Part shown: positions 1 to 11,749 of the stretch, piece after piece | Layout of the letters: the number at the start of each line of letters is the position of its first letter | Numbering within the stretch: position 1 is the first letter of the stretch | Assembly: GCA_950097015.1 (NCBI GenBank) | Contig: CATNEN010000039.1 | Coordinates: 9,982,001-10,046,000, forward strand | Length of the DNA stretch: 64,000 bases | DNA from: Macrostomum hystrix | Taxonomy: Eukaryota; Animalia; Platyhelminthes | Reading direction: 5' to 3' | Translations under genes and position numbers: made by a program | The notes under the pieces: model-generated | Seen by the model: only the letters and a program-made list of their open reading frames with translations | Database searches by the model: none | What the model was told of the DNA's origin: nothing

Positions 1-3000
1 CAAGATTGTACTGCCCACTTTCATATTGGAGCGGCGAAGTACTCTGGAGATGTACGCCGACTTTTTGGCCCATCCGGACCTCTGGGCAGACATACCCAAC
101 CACTCCACACCGCGGGACAGAATGATCGCCTGCCTCAAATGGTATCTGAGCGCCTTCCATGCCGGGCGTCGCTCAGCTGTGGCTAAGAAGCCATACAATC
201 CGATTCTAGGTGAGTGCGATCTGTGTCCGTCTGCTCCTGCGATTCCTCTGTTAGGGATCCGCTGATTCTTCAGTTGTGTCCGCTGATTCTTCAGTTGAGT
301 CCGCTGATTCTTTAGTTGAGTCCGCTGATTCTCCAGTTGAGTCCGCTGATTCTCCAGTTGTGTCCGCTGATTCTTCAGTTGAGTCCGCGGATTCTCCAGT
401 TGTGTCCGCTGATTCTTCAGTTGTGTCCGCTGATTCTTCAGTTGTGTCCGCTGATTCTCCATTTGTGTCCGCTGATTCTTCAGTTGTGTCCGCTGATTCT
501 TCAGTTGTGTCCGCTGATTCTCCATTTGTGTCCGCTGATTCTTCAGTTGTGTCCGCTGATTCTTCAGTTGTGTCCGCTGATTCTCCATTTGTGTCCGCTG
601 ATTCTTCAGTTGTGTCCGCTGATTCTCCAGTTGTGTCCGCTGATTCTTCAGTTAGCACCACTGATTCTTCAGTTAGCACCACTGATTCTTCAGTTAGCAC
701 CACTGATTCTTCAGTTAGCACCACTGATTCGTCAGTTAGCACCACTGATTCTTCAGTTAGCACTACTGATTCTTCAGTTAGCACCACTGATTCTTCAGTT
801 AGCACCACTGATTCGTCAGTTAGCACCACTGATTCGTCAGTTAGCACCGCTGATTCTTCAGTTAGCACCACTGATTCGTCAGTTAGCACCACTGATTCGT
901 CAGTTAGCACCGCTGATTCTTCAGTTAGCACCACTGATTCTTCAGTTAGCACCACTGATTCGTCAGTTAGCACCACTGATTCTTCAGTTAGCACCACTGA
1001 TTCGTCAGTTAGCACCACTGATTCGTCAGTTAGCACCACTGATACTTCAGTTAGCACCACTGATTCTTCAGTTAGCACCACTGATTCTTCAGTTAGCACC
1101 ACTGATTCTTCAGTTAGCACCACTGATTCTTCAGTTAGCACCACTGATTCTTCAGTTAGCACCACTGATTCGTCAGTTAGCACCACTGATTCGTCAGTTA
1201 GCACCACTGATTCGTCAGTTAGCACCGCTGATTCGTCAGTTAGCACCACTGATTCTTCAGTTAGCACCACTGATTCTTCAGTTAGCACCACTGATTCGTC
1301 AGTTAGCACCACTGATTCTTCAGTTAGCACCACTGATTCGTCAGTTAGCACCACTGATTCGTCAGTTAGCACCACTGATTCGTCAGTTAGCACCACTGAT
1401 TCGTCAGTTAGCACCACTGATTCTTCAGTTAGCACCACTGATTCTTCAGTTAGCACCACTGATTCTTCAGTTAGCACCACTGATTCTTCAGTTAAGTTTT
1501 CGTTGATTCTTAAGTTTTTCTTCATTTTCAGGCGAAATCTTTCAATGCTACTGGGATACGGCCTCGGCGAAAAGGCTTCAGAAGAAGCAGCAGCAAAGCA
1601 GCCAGGAGCAGCAGCAGCAGCAATCTGATGAGCAGTCTGCGCAGCAAGGTGCGGCGGGTGGCTCAGCGGCCGCCGCCGCCGCGGCGACGAACGGCCCCGT
1701 GCCCTGGGCTCCGGCCGATTCCGTCACCTTCCTAGCCGAGCAGGTATCGCACCACCCGCCAATCAGCGCCTTCTACGCAGAATGCGCCTCCGGTCGAGTC
1801 ATGCTAGACGGCTACATTTGGACTAAAAGCAAATTCTTGGGCCTCTCAATTGCCGTACAGATGGTCGGCCAGGCTGTCATCTCTTTATTAGACTACGACG
1901 AAGAGTACATTGTGACATTCCCGTCTGGCTACGGCCGGTCCATCCTCACCGTGCCCTGGATTGAACTGGTTGGCAAATGCCGCATCGAGTGTCCACGGAC
2001 AGGCTATAGCGCTAGCGTGGACTTCCTAGCCAAGCCATTCTACGGCGGCAAGAAGGACCGGGTGCTGTCTCAGGTTAGTCCATGGTTCCAATGTCTTGGT
2101 TAGCTTTAGCCTAGTTGTTTTACATTTGGACTTCTGACCGAAAGGTCGGGGGTAGCGTCCTGAGCTCGATTCCGCGGCGAGGCTACATTCATTTGGGGCG
2201 CAGCCGCGTAAAAAGGCTTGGGGGCTTGTCTTGCAATTTACGCCCTTGAGGGCCAGCCTCCAAGGCGCAGGTAAAGTGTACACAGCCTGACGAAGAGAAA
2301 GTCAGAGCAGATGTACACACACATACATACCGGTGTTAGCGTACACCTGCGTACTGTGTGCGTGTGTGCTCAGGAGTCAGCGAAACGGACAGAAATAGGG
2401 AATTGGCTCCTCGTTGGCTGCAGGTTGAGTGTCACCAAATGTTGTGCCACTGCCCGCATCCCTCCTGTAATTATTATCGATTTTTCATTATTATTAAGGT
2501 CGGGGGTTCGTTTCCCAGCCCGACAGGAAAGCCATTTGGAAGCTAATTTCCTCACCTTCTCCGCCTCAGGTGTTTGCCCCTGGCGAGAAGAAGCCATTCC
2601 TGACTGTCGAAGGCTTCTGGAACGGTCAGATGCACTCTCGCTGGAGCAGCTCCGGGCTGGACTCGTCGCCTCCGCCTCCCGGATCCCCGCCCGCGCCGCC
2701 GCATCCGCCGCTGGAGCAGCAGCAGGTGTTCATCGATACGCAGCACATGCCTGTTATTAAGAAGCGAGTCAGGCCGCGCGTTGAGCAGGCGCCAAATGAG
2801 AGCCGGCGCCTCTGGGAGGGCGTCACTCGCAGCTTGAAGTCCAACGACATTCCGGCTGCCACGGAGTTCAAGAGCCGCCTGGAGCAGGGCCAGCGCGACG
2901 CGGCGAAAGCCAGGCTAGAAAGAGGCGAGAAATGGCGCCAGAGACACTTCAGAGAAGTTGGCGAGCACTGGGTCTATCACAGTCCGCTTAGTAAGCGCTT

Positions 3001-3031
3001 GCCAGTGCCCGGCGTCAACCAGGCCAGTTGA
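1..3031 (+). CDS. OSBPL9: Oxysterol-binding protein-related protein, ORP9 subfamily (3' part; gene starts before the window)
   Basis: Exons <1-209, 1532-2073, 2570-3031 joined by phase-compatible GT-AG introns. Translation gives [38 protein letters not shown], the OSBP signature EQVSHHPP and [25 protein letters not shown] is ORP9-like. Confidence 0.92.
257..1493. repeat. 21-bp minisatellite in OSBPL9 intron
   Basis: GTTGTGTCCGCTGATTCTTCA-type units switch at about 650 to GTTAGCACCACTGATTC(T/G)TCA. About 58 units. Confidence 0.97.
2130..2478 (+). mobile_element. SINE-like element, family B, copy 1
   Basis: Shares the blocks GGCTTGTC(T/G)TGCAATTTACGCC and GTGTACAC(A/T)GCCTGACG..GAGAAAGTCAG with copies near 16500, 48076 and 54130. 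Ends in an (ATT)n tail. Ends approximate. Confidence 0.7.
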
Positions 3032-3140
3032 AACTGCCCGCCAGCCTAGTGGGACTGACTAATTGTGTGTACATCTCCAGTCTGAGAAATCCACTTGTCA
3101 TCCGTGTGCTTGTCAGTTTAAACTTTTCATTGGGTGCACA

Positions 3141-3510
3141 TGTCAGTGATTGACCTGTCAGTGATTGACCTGTCAGTGATTGACCTGTCAGTGATTGACC
3201 TGTCAGTGATTGACCTGTCAGTGATTGACCTGTCAGTGATTGACCTGTCAGTGATTGACCTGTCAGTGATTGACCTGTCAGTGATTGACCTGTCAGTGAT
3301 TGACCTGTCAGTGATTGACCTGTCAGTGATTGACCTGTCAGTGATTGACCTGTCAGTGATTGACCTGTCAGTGATTGACCTGTCAGTGATTGACCTGTCA
3401 GTGATTGACCTGTCAGTGATTGACCTGTCAGTGATTGACCTGTCAGTGATTGACCTGTCAGTGATTGACCTGTCAGTGATTGACCTGTCAAGTGATTGGC
3501 CTGTCAGTGC
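3141..3510. repeat. 15-bp minisatellite (TGTCAGTGATTGACC)n
   Basis: About 23 identical units starting about 110 bp after the OSBPL9 stop codon. Confidence 0.97.
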
Positions 3511-4141
3511 TAAACTGTAAAGGCTTGAATATTCAGCACCGTAAGAATTATAATCTTTCATTTAGTTGAGTCAGTCCAAAGCCAATGGTTAAGTTTCTTT
3601 GGCTTCATCTTGCGTTATATGGTCACTTTTTCAGCAAGAATTTTTGTTCTTCATTCATAGTACTCGTTATTATGCCTATGAACTCAGATTACTGAACTGA
3701 TTGCGATTGAGTTGCAAAATTATTCAGTAAGTTTTGCAAATAATATGTTATATTTCTTTTTTCATCCAGCTAAATTCTAGTTTTATCTACAGTCTTCCTA
3801 TGTTAAGAAAGTTAGAAATAATGCAATAATTTAATCGAAAAATGGGTGTTCGTTTGTGAGTGAGTGAGCAGTGTCTGCATATTTATTTATTCTAGAATTC
3901 GCAATTTCGAATATGCGAATTGTTGTGCTGATATAACAATTTTTTGGAAAAAAACTGCTTTACCACCGGTCTATTTGTGTGCTTAAAAAAACTAAGAAAA
4001 TTCGTCCTTTATATTCTGTTTTACTTTTTTGTTATCGTTGATAATCTTTTGTTTAGCCTTAAAAATCTATTAATGTTTTTCTTAATTGTAAAACCTACGC
4101 GTAATTTATTGTATTTGGTGCGCTAAGTTCGAGTAGACTGT

Positions 4142-4877
4142 TTGGCAGATTGGCCCCTCAATTGGCAGATTGGCCCCTAAATTGGCAGATTGGCCCTCTA
4201 AATTGGCAGATTGGCCCCTAAATTGGCAGATTGGCCCCTAAATTGGCAGATTGGCCCCTAAATTGGCAGATTGGCCCCTAAATTGGCAGATTAGCCCCTC
4301 AATTGGCAGATTGGCCCTCTAAATTGGCAGATTGGCCCCTAAATTGGCAGATTGGCCCCTAAATTGGCAGATTGGCCCCTAAATTGGCAGATTGGCCCCT
4401 AAATTGGCAGATTGGCCCCTAAATTGGCAGATTGGCCCCTAAATTGGCAGATTGGCCCTCTAAATTGGCAGATTGGCCCCTAAATTGGCAGATTGGCCCC
4501 TAAATTGGCTGATTGGCCCCTCAATTAGCAGATTGGCCCCCTAAATTTGTAGATTGGCCCCCTAAATTGGCAGATTGGCCCTCTAAATTGGCAGATTGGC
4601 CCCTAAATTGGCAGATTGGCCCCTAAATTGGCAGATTGGCCCCTAAATTGGCAGATTGGCCCCTAAATTGGCAGATTGGCCCCTAAATTGGCAGATTGGC
4701 CCCTAAATTGGCAGATTGGCCCCTAAATTGGCAGATTGGCCCCTAAATTGGCAGATTGGCCCCTAAATTGGCAGATTGGCCCCTAAATTGGCAGATTAGC
4801 CCTCAATCAGCAGTTTTGGCACCTCGATCGTCAGATTTGCCCCTCAAATGATCAGATTGGCCTCAGTCGGCAGATTG
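4142..4877. repeat. 20/21-bp minisatellite (AATTGGCAGATTGGCCCCTA)n
   Basis: About 35 units, degenerating at the right edge. Confidence 0.96.
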
Positions 4878-5611
4878 TTTTCATTACACTGTGAGTGTAT
4901 TAGATACTTTTTATCACTACTAATTTATCAACCGACAAGTACATTTCAAAAAGTTTGTTTTAATTCGTTGCATATACGGTATCTAAATTTTTACTAACTG
5001 AATTTTCTGCGTTAAAGTTGCGTTATGTCAATGTGCAATAGTAGTTCCTTTATAATTCGAGTATATTACTGGCAGTAGCTGCTTTTATTAACAAGAAGCT
5101 CTAATATGACTAGATTTGTGCGTTAATCACATTTGCCTAATTTACTCCCAGTGATAATGACTAATTTATACATATATAAATATTCTTGCTATTGCTTTGC
5201 TCTGCTATGCTCATTCTGAGATGCACTTTCATGTAGGGTTCTGCCTTTTAGTGCATCCTTCTATTAGTAGAAGAGTACGGATGCATTGTGTGCACCCTAG
5301 CATGTCGTAAATCAATAGTATTATAACTATAATAATACAACGCCTGCAATAGTATGCAGCTAAGGTTAAGTATTAATTGCACGTATTGCCTATAAGCTGC
5401 GTAAGTGCTTAGTGCAGACACCTGTACTAATATCGCTAGTCCTTGATTCCTTTGTTCTTGAATCACACTTCGTGTAATTGTTTTGCGAAGATTAATAAAT
5501 TTCTAAAATTTAATAAACCATCAACGATTACTACTTCTATTATTTTCATTATTCTTTTTAATTTTGGTAGGTTTCGTCAAAACTTCCTTGTTGACCCGAC
5601 ATCAACTTACA

Positions 5612-5878
5612 CCTCCCTACTCCTAGCTGTGACCCACAACTCCCTACTCCTAGCTGTGACCCACAACTACCTACTCCTAGCAGTGACCCACACGTCCATA
5701 CTCCTAGCTGTGACCCACAACTCCCTACTCCTAGCTGTGACCCACAACTCCCTACTCCTAGCTGTGACCCACAGCTCCCTACTCCTAGCTGTGACCCACA
5801 GCTCCCTACTCCAAGCTGTGACCCACAACTCCCTACTCCTAGCTGTGACCCACAACTCCCTACTCCTAGCTGTGACAA
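5612..5878. repeat. 27-bp minisatellite (CTCCCTACTCCTAGCTGTGACCCACAA)n
   Basis: About 10 units just upstream of the TEN1 splice acceptor. Confidence 0.95.
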
Positions 5879-5912
5879 CTTATCACCTGGGCATCTGTCG
5901 CTCCTCTTGCAG

Positions 5913-6335
5913 GCCGGTAACTCCCATTGTGCCTATCTGATCATCGGTGAGCTAATCAGTGGTGCCAGTCCGATTTCTCGTCACCTGCAGCAGCAGCAGC
6001 AGCAGCAGCAGCAATCCGCCAGTCCTTGCCACGTGCGTACGCTGGGCCGTCTCACCCGGCTGGATGCCGGCCGGTGTGTGGCCCTGCTATGCGACGAGAT
6101 TCAAAGCAATTCGGGAAGCATCCAGGTCGACCTGTCTCTGCTAGACGCTGAGACGTCGCCACCCCTGCATCAGCGCATCGAAGTCATCGGTGAATTGCTT
6201 CGAATGACGTCAGCTACGTCGGGCTGGACTCTCAGAGCGCACACGTTTCGCGATATGACTTCCGTGCAGCCTGATTTGTACAGGCGGGCTGCAGTGGCTG
6301 CTTATCAACTGACTGGTCTGATGCCTGTGAGCTGA
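5913..6335 (+). CDS. TEN1: CST complex subunit TEN1-like OB-fold protein (no start codon at the exon 5' end)
   Basis: After acceptor TCCTCTTGCAG (AG 5911-5912): YLIIGELISG...VRTLGRLTRLD...IQVDLSLL...IEVIGEL...LRAHTFRDM...DLYRRA. By eye this matches TEN1 blocks (LRTFGRL, YIVLGEL, VKARVL) in order and spacing. Confidence 0.72.
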   Translation, partial: AGNSHCAYLIIGELISGASPISRHLQQQQQQQQQSASPCHVRTLGRLTRLDAGRCVALLCDEIQSNSGSIQVDLSLLDAETSPPLHQRIEVIGELLRMTSATSGWTLRAHTFRDMTSVQPDLYRRAAVAAYQLTGLMPVS

Positions 6336-6680
6336 CTGGTCTGATGCCTGTGAGCTGACTGGTCTGATGCCTGTGAGCTGACTGGCCTGATACCTGTGAG
6401 CTGACTGGTCTGATGCCTGTGAGCTGACTGGTCTGATACCTGTGAGCTGACTGGTCTGATGCCTGTGAGCTGACTGGTCTGGTGCCTGTGAGCTGACTGG
6501 TCTGATGCCTGTGAGCTGACTGGTCTGATACCTGTGAGCTGACTGGTCTGATGCCTGTGAGCTGACTGGTCTGATGCCTGTGAGCTGACTGGTCTGATGC
6601 CTGTGAGCTGACTGGTCTGATGCCTGTGAGCTGACTGGTCTGATACCTGTGAGCTGACTGGCCTGACGGGTCTGATGCCC
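6308..6680. repeat. 23-bp minisatellite (GCTGACTGGTCTGATGCCTGTGA)n overlapping the TEN1 stop
   Basis: About 16 units. The first unit encodes the last codons LTGLMPVS and the stop TGA (6333-6335). Confidence 0.95.
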
Positions 6681-6964
6681 GTATGTATTCGTGTTCATAT
6701 TTAAACATTCGAGCATTTTTGTGGTTTCGACTGTATAATTGTAACCGCTTCAAGTGCAGTTTCGGTTAGCATTTAACTCGGCTCAAATGAATAATTTCGC
6801 AGATTTATAAGTTTTTTCGAGTACTTATCAGACTATTATTTTTATGTTTAAAATCAACAGATTACTAAAGTCAGCACCTTTGAGTAAAACTACGAGCGTA
6901 TGCCCGCTCTTCTAGAACCTATGCTCAAAATTTATTTGACTTTCTTGACTTACTTTAATAAATA

Positions 6965-7125
6965 GGGTGTTCTGTCCAAAGATAATGGTGTTCTATCCAA
7001 GGATCTGGGTGTTCTGTCCAAAGATATTGGTGTTCTATCCAAGGATCTGGGTGTTCTATATAAGGATCTGGGTGTTCTATCCAAGGATAAGGGGTGTTCT
7101 ATCCAAGGATCTGGGTGTTCTATAC
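6965..7125. repeat. 21-bp minisatellite (GGGTGTTCTATCCAAGGATCT)n
   Basis: About 8 units. Same family as the 13.06-15.86 kb array. Confidence 0.88.
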
Positions 7126-7165
7126 AATGGTCAAAAACACAGGGCGCATTCGCTCTTACTTTCAG

Positions 7166-9591
7166 TACTTAGTTGGCCTAACCGGAGGAATCGCGTCGGG
7201 CAAGTCGACGGTTGCCGATCAGCTGCGTCGCATGGGCGTCCTGGTGATCGACGCCGACGTCGTGGCCCGGTCGGCTCTGGAGCCGAGGCAGCCGGCCTGG
7301 GCGCAGGTTGTGCGCGAGTTCGGGCCCGGAGTTCTGCAGCCGGACTCGGACGAGATCGACCGCGATCGACTCGGTGCCATCGTTTTTGCAGACGCCGACA
7401 AGCGGAAACGATTGAACGCCATTGTTCATCCGACTGTGTACAAGGAGATCGCCTGCCAGCTTGCCTATCACTTCTTCATGCTGGAACAGTTTGTTGTACT
7501 GGAGCTGCCATTGCTGTTCGAAATGTCTAGTGCCGGCATGCTGCCGTGGGTTAGCGAGACTGTCGTTGTCTACTGCACTGTGGAACAGCAGCTTAAGAGA
7601 CTCAGGCGCAGAAATCCACAGCTGACTGTGGAACTGGTGGGTTTGCTGGAACTGTTAGTAATGCTGGAGATCCATCAGAATGGATGCTGTTGGTGATGCT
7701 GGAGATCCATCAGAATGGATGCTGTTGGTGATGCTGGAGATCCATCAGAATGGATGCTGTTGGTGATGCTGGAGATCCATCAGAATGGATGCTGTTGGTG
7801 ATGCTGGAGATCCATCAGAATGGATGCTGTTGGTGATGCTGGAGATCCATCAGAATGGATGCTGTTGGTGATGCTGGAGATCCATCAGAATGGATGCTGT
7901 TGGTGATGCTGGAGATCCATCAGAATGGATGCTGTTGGTGATGCTGGAGATCCATCAGAATGGATGCTGTTGGTGATGCTGGAGATCCATCAGAATGGAT
8001 GCTGTTAGTAATGCTGGAGATCCATCAGAATGGATGCTGTTGGTGATGCTGGAGATCCATCAGAATGGATGCTGTTGGTGATGCTGGAGATCCATCAGAA
8101 TGGATGCTGTTGGTGATGCTGGAGATCCATCAGAATGGATGCTGTTGGTGATGCTGGAGATCCATCAGAATGGATGCTGTTGGTGATGCTGGAGATCCAT
8201 CAGAATGGATGCTGTTGGTGATGCTGGAGATCCCTCAGAATGGATGCTGTTGTTGATGCTGGAGATCCATCAGAATGGATGCTGTTGGTGATGCTGGAGA
8301 TCACTCAGAATGGATGCTGTTGGTGATGCTGGAGATCCATCAGAATGGATGCTGTTGGTGATGCTGGAGATCCCTCAGAATGGATGCTGTTGTTGATGCT
8401 GGAGATCCATCAGAATGGATGCTGTTGGTGATGCTGGAGATCCATCAGAATGGATGCTGTTGTTGATGCTGGAGATCCATCAGAATGGATGCTGTTGGTG
8501 ATGCTGGAGATCCATCAGAATGGATGCTGTTGGTGATGCTGGAGATCCATCAGAATGGATGCTGTTGGTGATGCTGGAGATCCATCAGAATGGATGCTGT
8601 TGTTGATGCTGGAGATCCATCAGAATGGATGCTGTTGGTGATGCTGGAGATCCATCAGAATGGATGCTGTTGGTGATGCTGGAGATCCATCAGAATGGAT
8701 GCTGTTGTTGATGCTGGAGATCCATCAGAATGGATGCTGTTGGTGATGCTGGAGATCCATCAGAATGGATGCTGTTGTTGATGCTGGAGATCCATCAGAA
8801 TGGATGCTGTTGTTGATGCTGGAGATCCATCAGAATGGATGCTGTTGTTGATGCTGGAGATCCATCAGAATGGATGCTGTTGGTGATGCTGGAGATCCAT
8901 CAGAATGGATGCTGTTGGTTATGCTGGAGATCCATCAGAATGGATGCTGTTGGTGATGCTGGAGATCCCTCAGAATGGATGCTGTTGGTGATGCTGGAGA
9001 TCCATCAGAATGGATGCTGTTGGTGATGCTGGAGATCCCTCAGAATGGATGCTGTTGGTGATGCTGGAGATCCCTCAGAATTGATGCTGTTGGTGATGCT
9101 GGAGATCCATCAGAATGGATGCTGTTGTTGATGCTGGAGATCCATCAGAATGGATGCTGTTGGTGATGCTGGAGATCCCTCAGAATGGATGCTGTTGGTG
9201 ATGCTGGAGATCCATCAGAATGGATGCTGTTGGTGATGCTGGAGATCCCTCAGAATGGATTCTGTTTTAGAATCTGGGGATGTTGCTAACGAGTCCGTAT
9301 CTCGAATCTGTATGCCTCCAATTTCTGCAGGCCAAGCAGCGAATCGCCGCCCAGATGCCGCTAGACGTAAAGGTTACCAAGGCGACTGTTGTCATTGACA
9401 ACCGGCATGGCGAGGCGCACACCAGAGACCAGGTTGTAAGGCTTTACAAGCGCCTATTGAACAGTCGGGCCCAATGGATTTCCCGCGGCATTTTCGCTGC
9501 CTGCATCGCCGTATTAGCCGCTACCGTCGGCCTGCCGTTCTATTTCTGGTCCACCAGGCATGCCTTACCTGATGCTGGATCAGTGCACTGA
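7166..9591 (+). CDS. DCAKD: Dephospho-CoA kinase domain-containing protein
   Basis: Exons 7166-7636 and 9331-9591, phase-0 GT-AG intron. YLVGLTGGIASGKST (Walker A), VIDAD, IDRDRLGAIVF, LNAIVHP, PLLFE, RIAAQMPL, and a C-terminal hydrophobic anchor. Start Met uncertain (see findings). Confidence 0.93.
7660..9266. repeat. 35-bp minisatellite filling the DCAKD intron
   Basis: (GATGCTGGAGATCCATCAGAATGGATGCTGTTGGT)n, about 46 units. Each unit has an ATCCAT/ATGGAT inverted pair. Confidence 0.97.
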
Positions 9592-10241
9592 TTCCAGTTC
9601 TGTCTGAAACTGTTCCTAGCGCGTGAATATTAATGATTAGGCGAACTGTTAAGGTTAGTTAATTAAAAATCATATTTTAATCTTTAGACGCACAATTTTA
9701 AAAGCATTACCATACTTTTTAAGTTTTTAAGCGCATTCTGCATTCGTTGTCTTATTTTTTTAATCTTCTTTGATTATGGCTCTTGCTGCGAAGTGCTTAG
9801 TTGCTTGCAGTTGCAGCAGAGAACGCACTGTACCATTGTGCTTTGGTGGGTTTGGCTTTCGTTGGTGTTAACGTCGTGTTCGCTTATTTCAACCCCACTA
9901 CATTCGTTTATGTAGAGTGTGGTCCAATATCTGGCTGTTGTTGACGCAAAGAATTCTTTGCTGCAATCTACTAGTATATTGTACAGTTAGTTTTCTTAGA
10001 TTCTATCTAGAGCTGGTCTATCACGTTTCATTCTGTGTTACGCTAGGTGCGCACTAGTTCATTGCCAGGCAAGTTCAGTCTTTGATTAATGATTATGTTT
10101 CTTGATTTTAGTCTTGTCTTCATATTTTATTGTATAACAAAACGCAGAAATTTTTGTCTAAATAAAATTTTTGGGTCCACCTAAACTGCCGGTCGGTAAC
10201 TTCTGACGATTTTCATTGTGCCATGTAGTGACTTAAATTGG

Positions 10242-11220
10242 CCAGATGTCTCAGCTCGCACTTGTCTCAGCTGCCAGTTGTCTCAGCTGGCACTTGTCCC
10301 AGCTGGCAGTTGTCTCAGCTTGCACTTGTCCCAGCTGCCAGTTGTCTCAGCTCGCACTTGTCCCAGCTGCCAGTTGTCTCAGCTTGCACTTGTCCCAGCT
10401 GCCAGTTGTCTCAGCTCGCACTTGTCTCAGCTGCCAGTTGTCTCAGCTGGCACTTGTCCCAGCTGGCAGTTGTCTCAGCTTGCACTTGTCCCAGCTGCCA
10501 GTTGTCTCAGCTCGCACTTGTCTCAGCTGGCAGTTGTCCCAGCTGCCACTTGTCTCAGCTGGCAGTTGTCCCAGCTGGCACTTGTGTCAGCTGGCAGTTG
10601 TCCCAGCTGGCACTTGTGTCAGCTGGCAGTTGTCCCAGCTGGCACTTGTCTCAGCTGGCACTTGTCTCAGCTGGCACTTGTCTCAGCTGGCAGTTGTCCC
10701 AGCTGGCACTTGTCTCAGCTGGCAGTTGTCCCAGCTGGCACTTGTGTCAGCTGGCAGTTGTCCCAGCTGGCACTTGTCTCAGCTGGCAGTTGTCCCAGCT
10801 GGCACTTGTGTCAGCTGGCAGTTGTCCCAGCTGGCACTTGTGTCAGCTGGCAGTTGTCCCAGCTGGCACTTGTCTCAGCTGGCAGTTGTCCCAGCTGGCA
10901 CTTGTGTCAGCTGGCAGTTGTCCCAGCTGGCACTTGTGTCAGCTGGCACTTGTCCCAGCTGCCAGTTGTCTCAGCTCGCACTTGTCTCAGCTGGCAGTTG
11001 TCCCAGCTGCCACTTGTCTCAGCTGGCAGTTGTCCCAGCTGGCACTTGTGTCAGCTGGCAGTTGTCCCAGCTGGCACTTGTGTCAGCTGGCAGTTGTCCC
11101 AGCTGGCACTTGTCTCAGCTGGCACTTGTCTCAGCTGGCAGTTGTCCCAGCTGGCACTTGTCTCAGCTGGCAGTTGTCCCAGCTGGCACTTGTGTCAGCT
11201 GGCAGTTGTCTCAGATGGCA
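10242..11220. repeat. 16-bp minisatellite CAGCTG(G/C)CA(C/G)TTGT(C/G)(T/C)
   Basis: About 60 units between DCAKD and the IAP-like gene. Confidence 0.96.
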
Positions 11221-11749
11221 AGGGTGCTTCCGTCATAAAAGCAACAGGGCACAATGAGAGTGTACACCGTCTGAAGATGCGAAAGCTAGGAGTTGCATGA
11301 ACAAGTGTCATGCATAAATGTGTTGGCTTACCTGTACATCTGTCTACCAGTGAATTCTTGGGTCAGCGGAATGGTCCAAGGAGCGGAGGCTGTGGGTCAA
11401 CTGGCGTCAAATGATCTGCATCAGTGGCCACAGCCCCATGCGTATATTGTTAATAACGCATGCAGAACTTATTAAACGAACGTGCCATGTAATCTTTGTC
11501 CCATGAAAGCAAGAAAAATTTAAGCTGGCTAACCAAAAATTTAAGTAACGGAACCATGGTTCTTAACTCAATTGTGTGCAACTTGTTAAACTAAGCTAAT
11601 ACATCTTGACCTAGAATCACAATTACAGCATCGCTACATTTCAGACGCCTCTTCTGTGATGAAGGCGAGTTTTTGAATTCAACTTCTGAGCGCTACTGCG
11701 ATGTCAATCAACACAATTATCCACTGCTACCTGCTGTCAATTTTAACAA

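Noticed and set aside
251-1628. Long ORFs of 396-450 aa on both strands
   Set aside because: Translations of a 21-bp array inside a well-defined OSBPL9 intron.
7660-9266. 35-bp repeat with internal palindrome, CRISPR-like in size
   Set aside because: Units are head to tail with no unique spacers, there are no cas genes, and it lies in a eukaryotic intron.
10218-11300. Cys/Trp-rich ORFs of 330-360 aa
   Set aside because: All three frames are open only because the 16-bp unit lacks stops.
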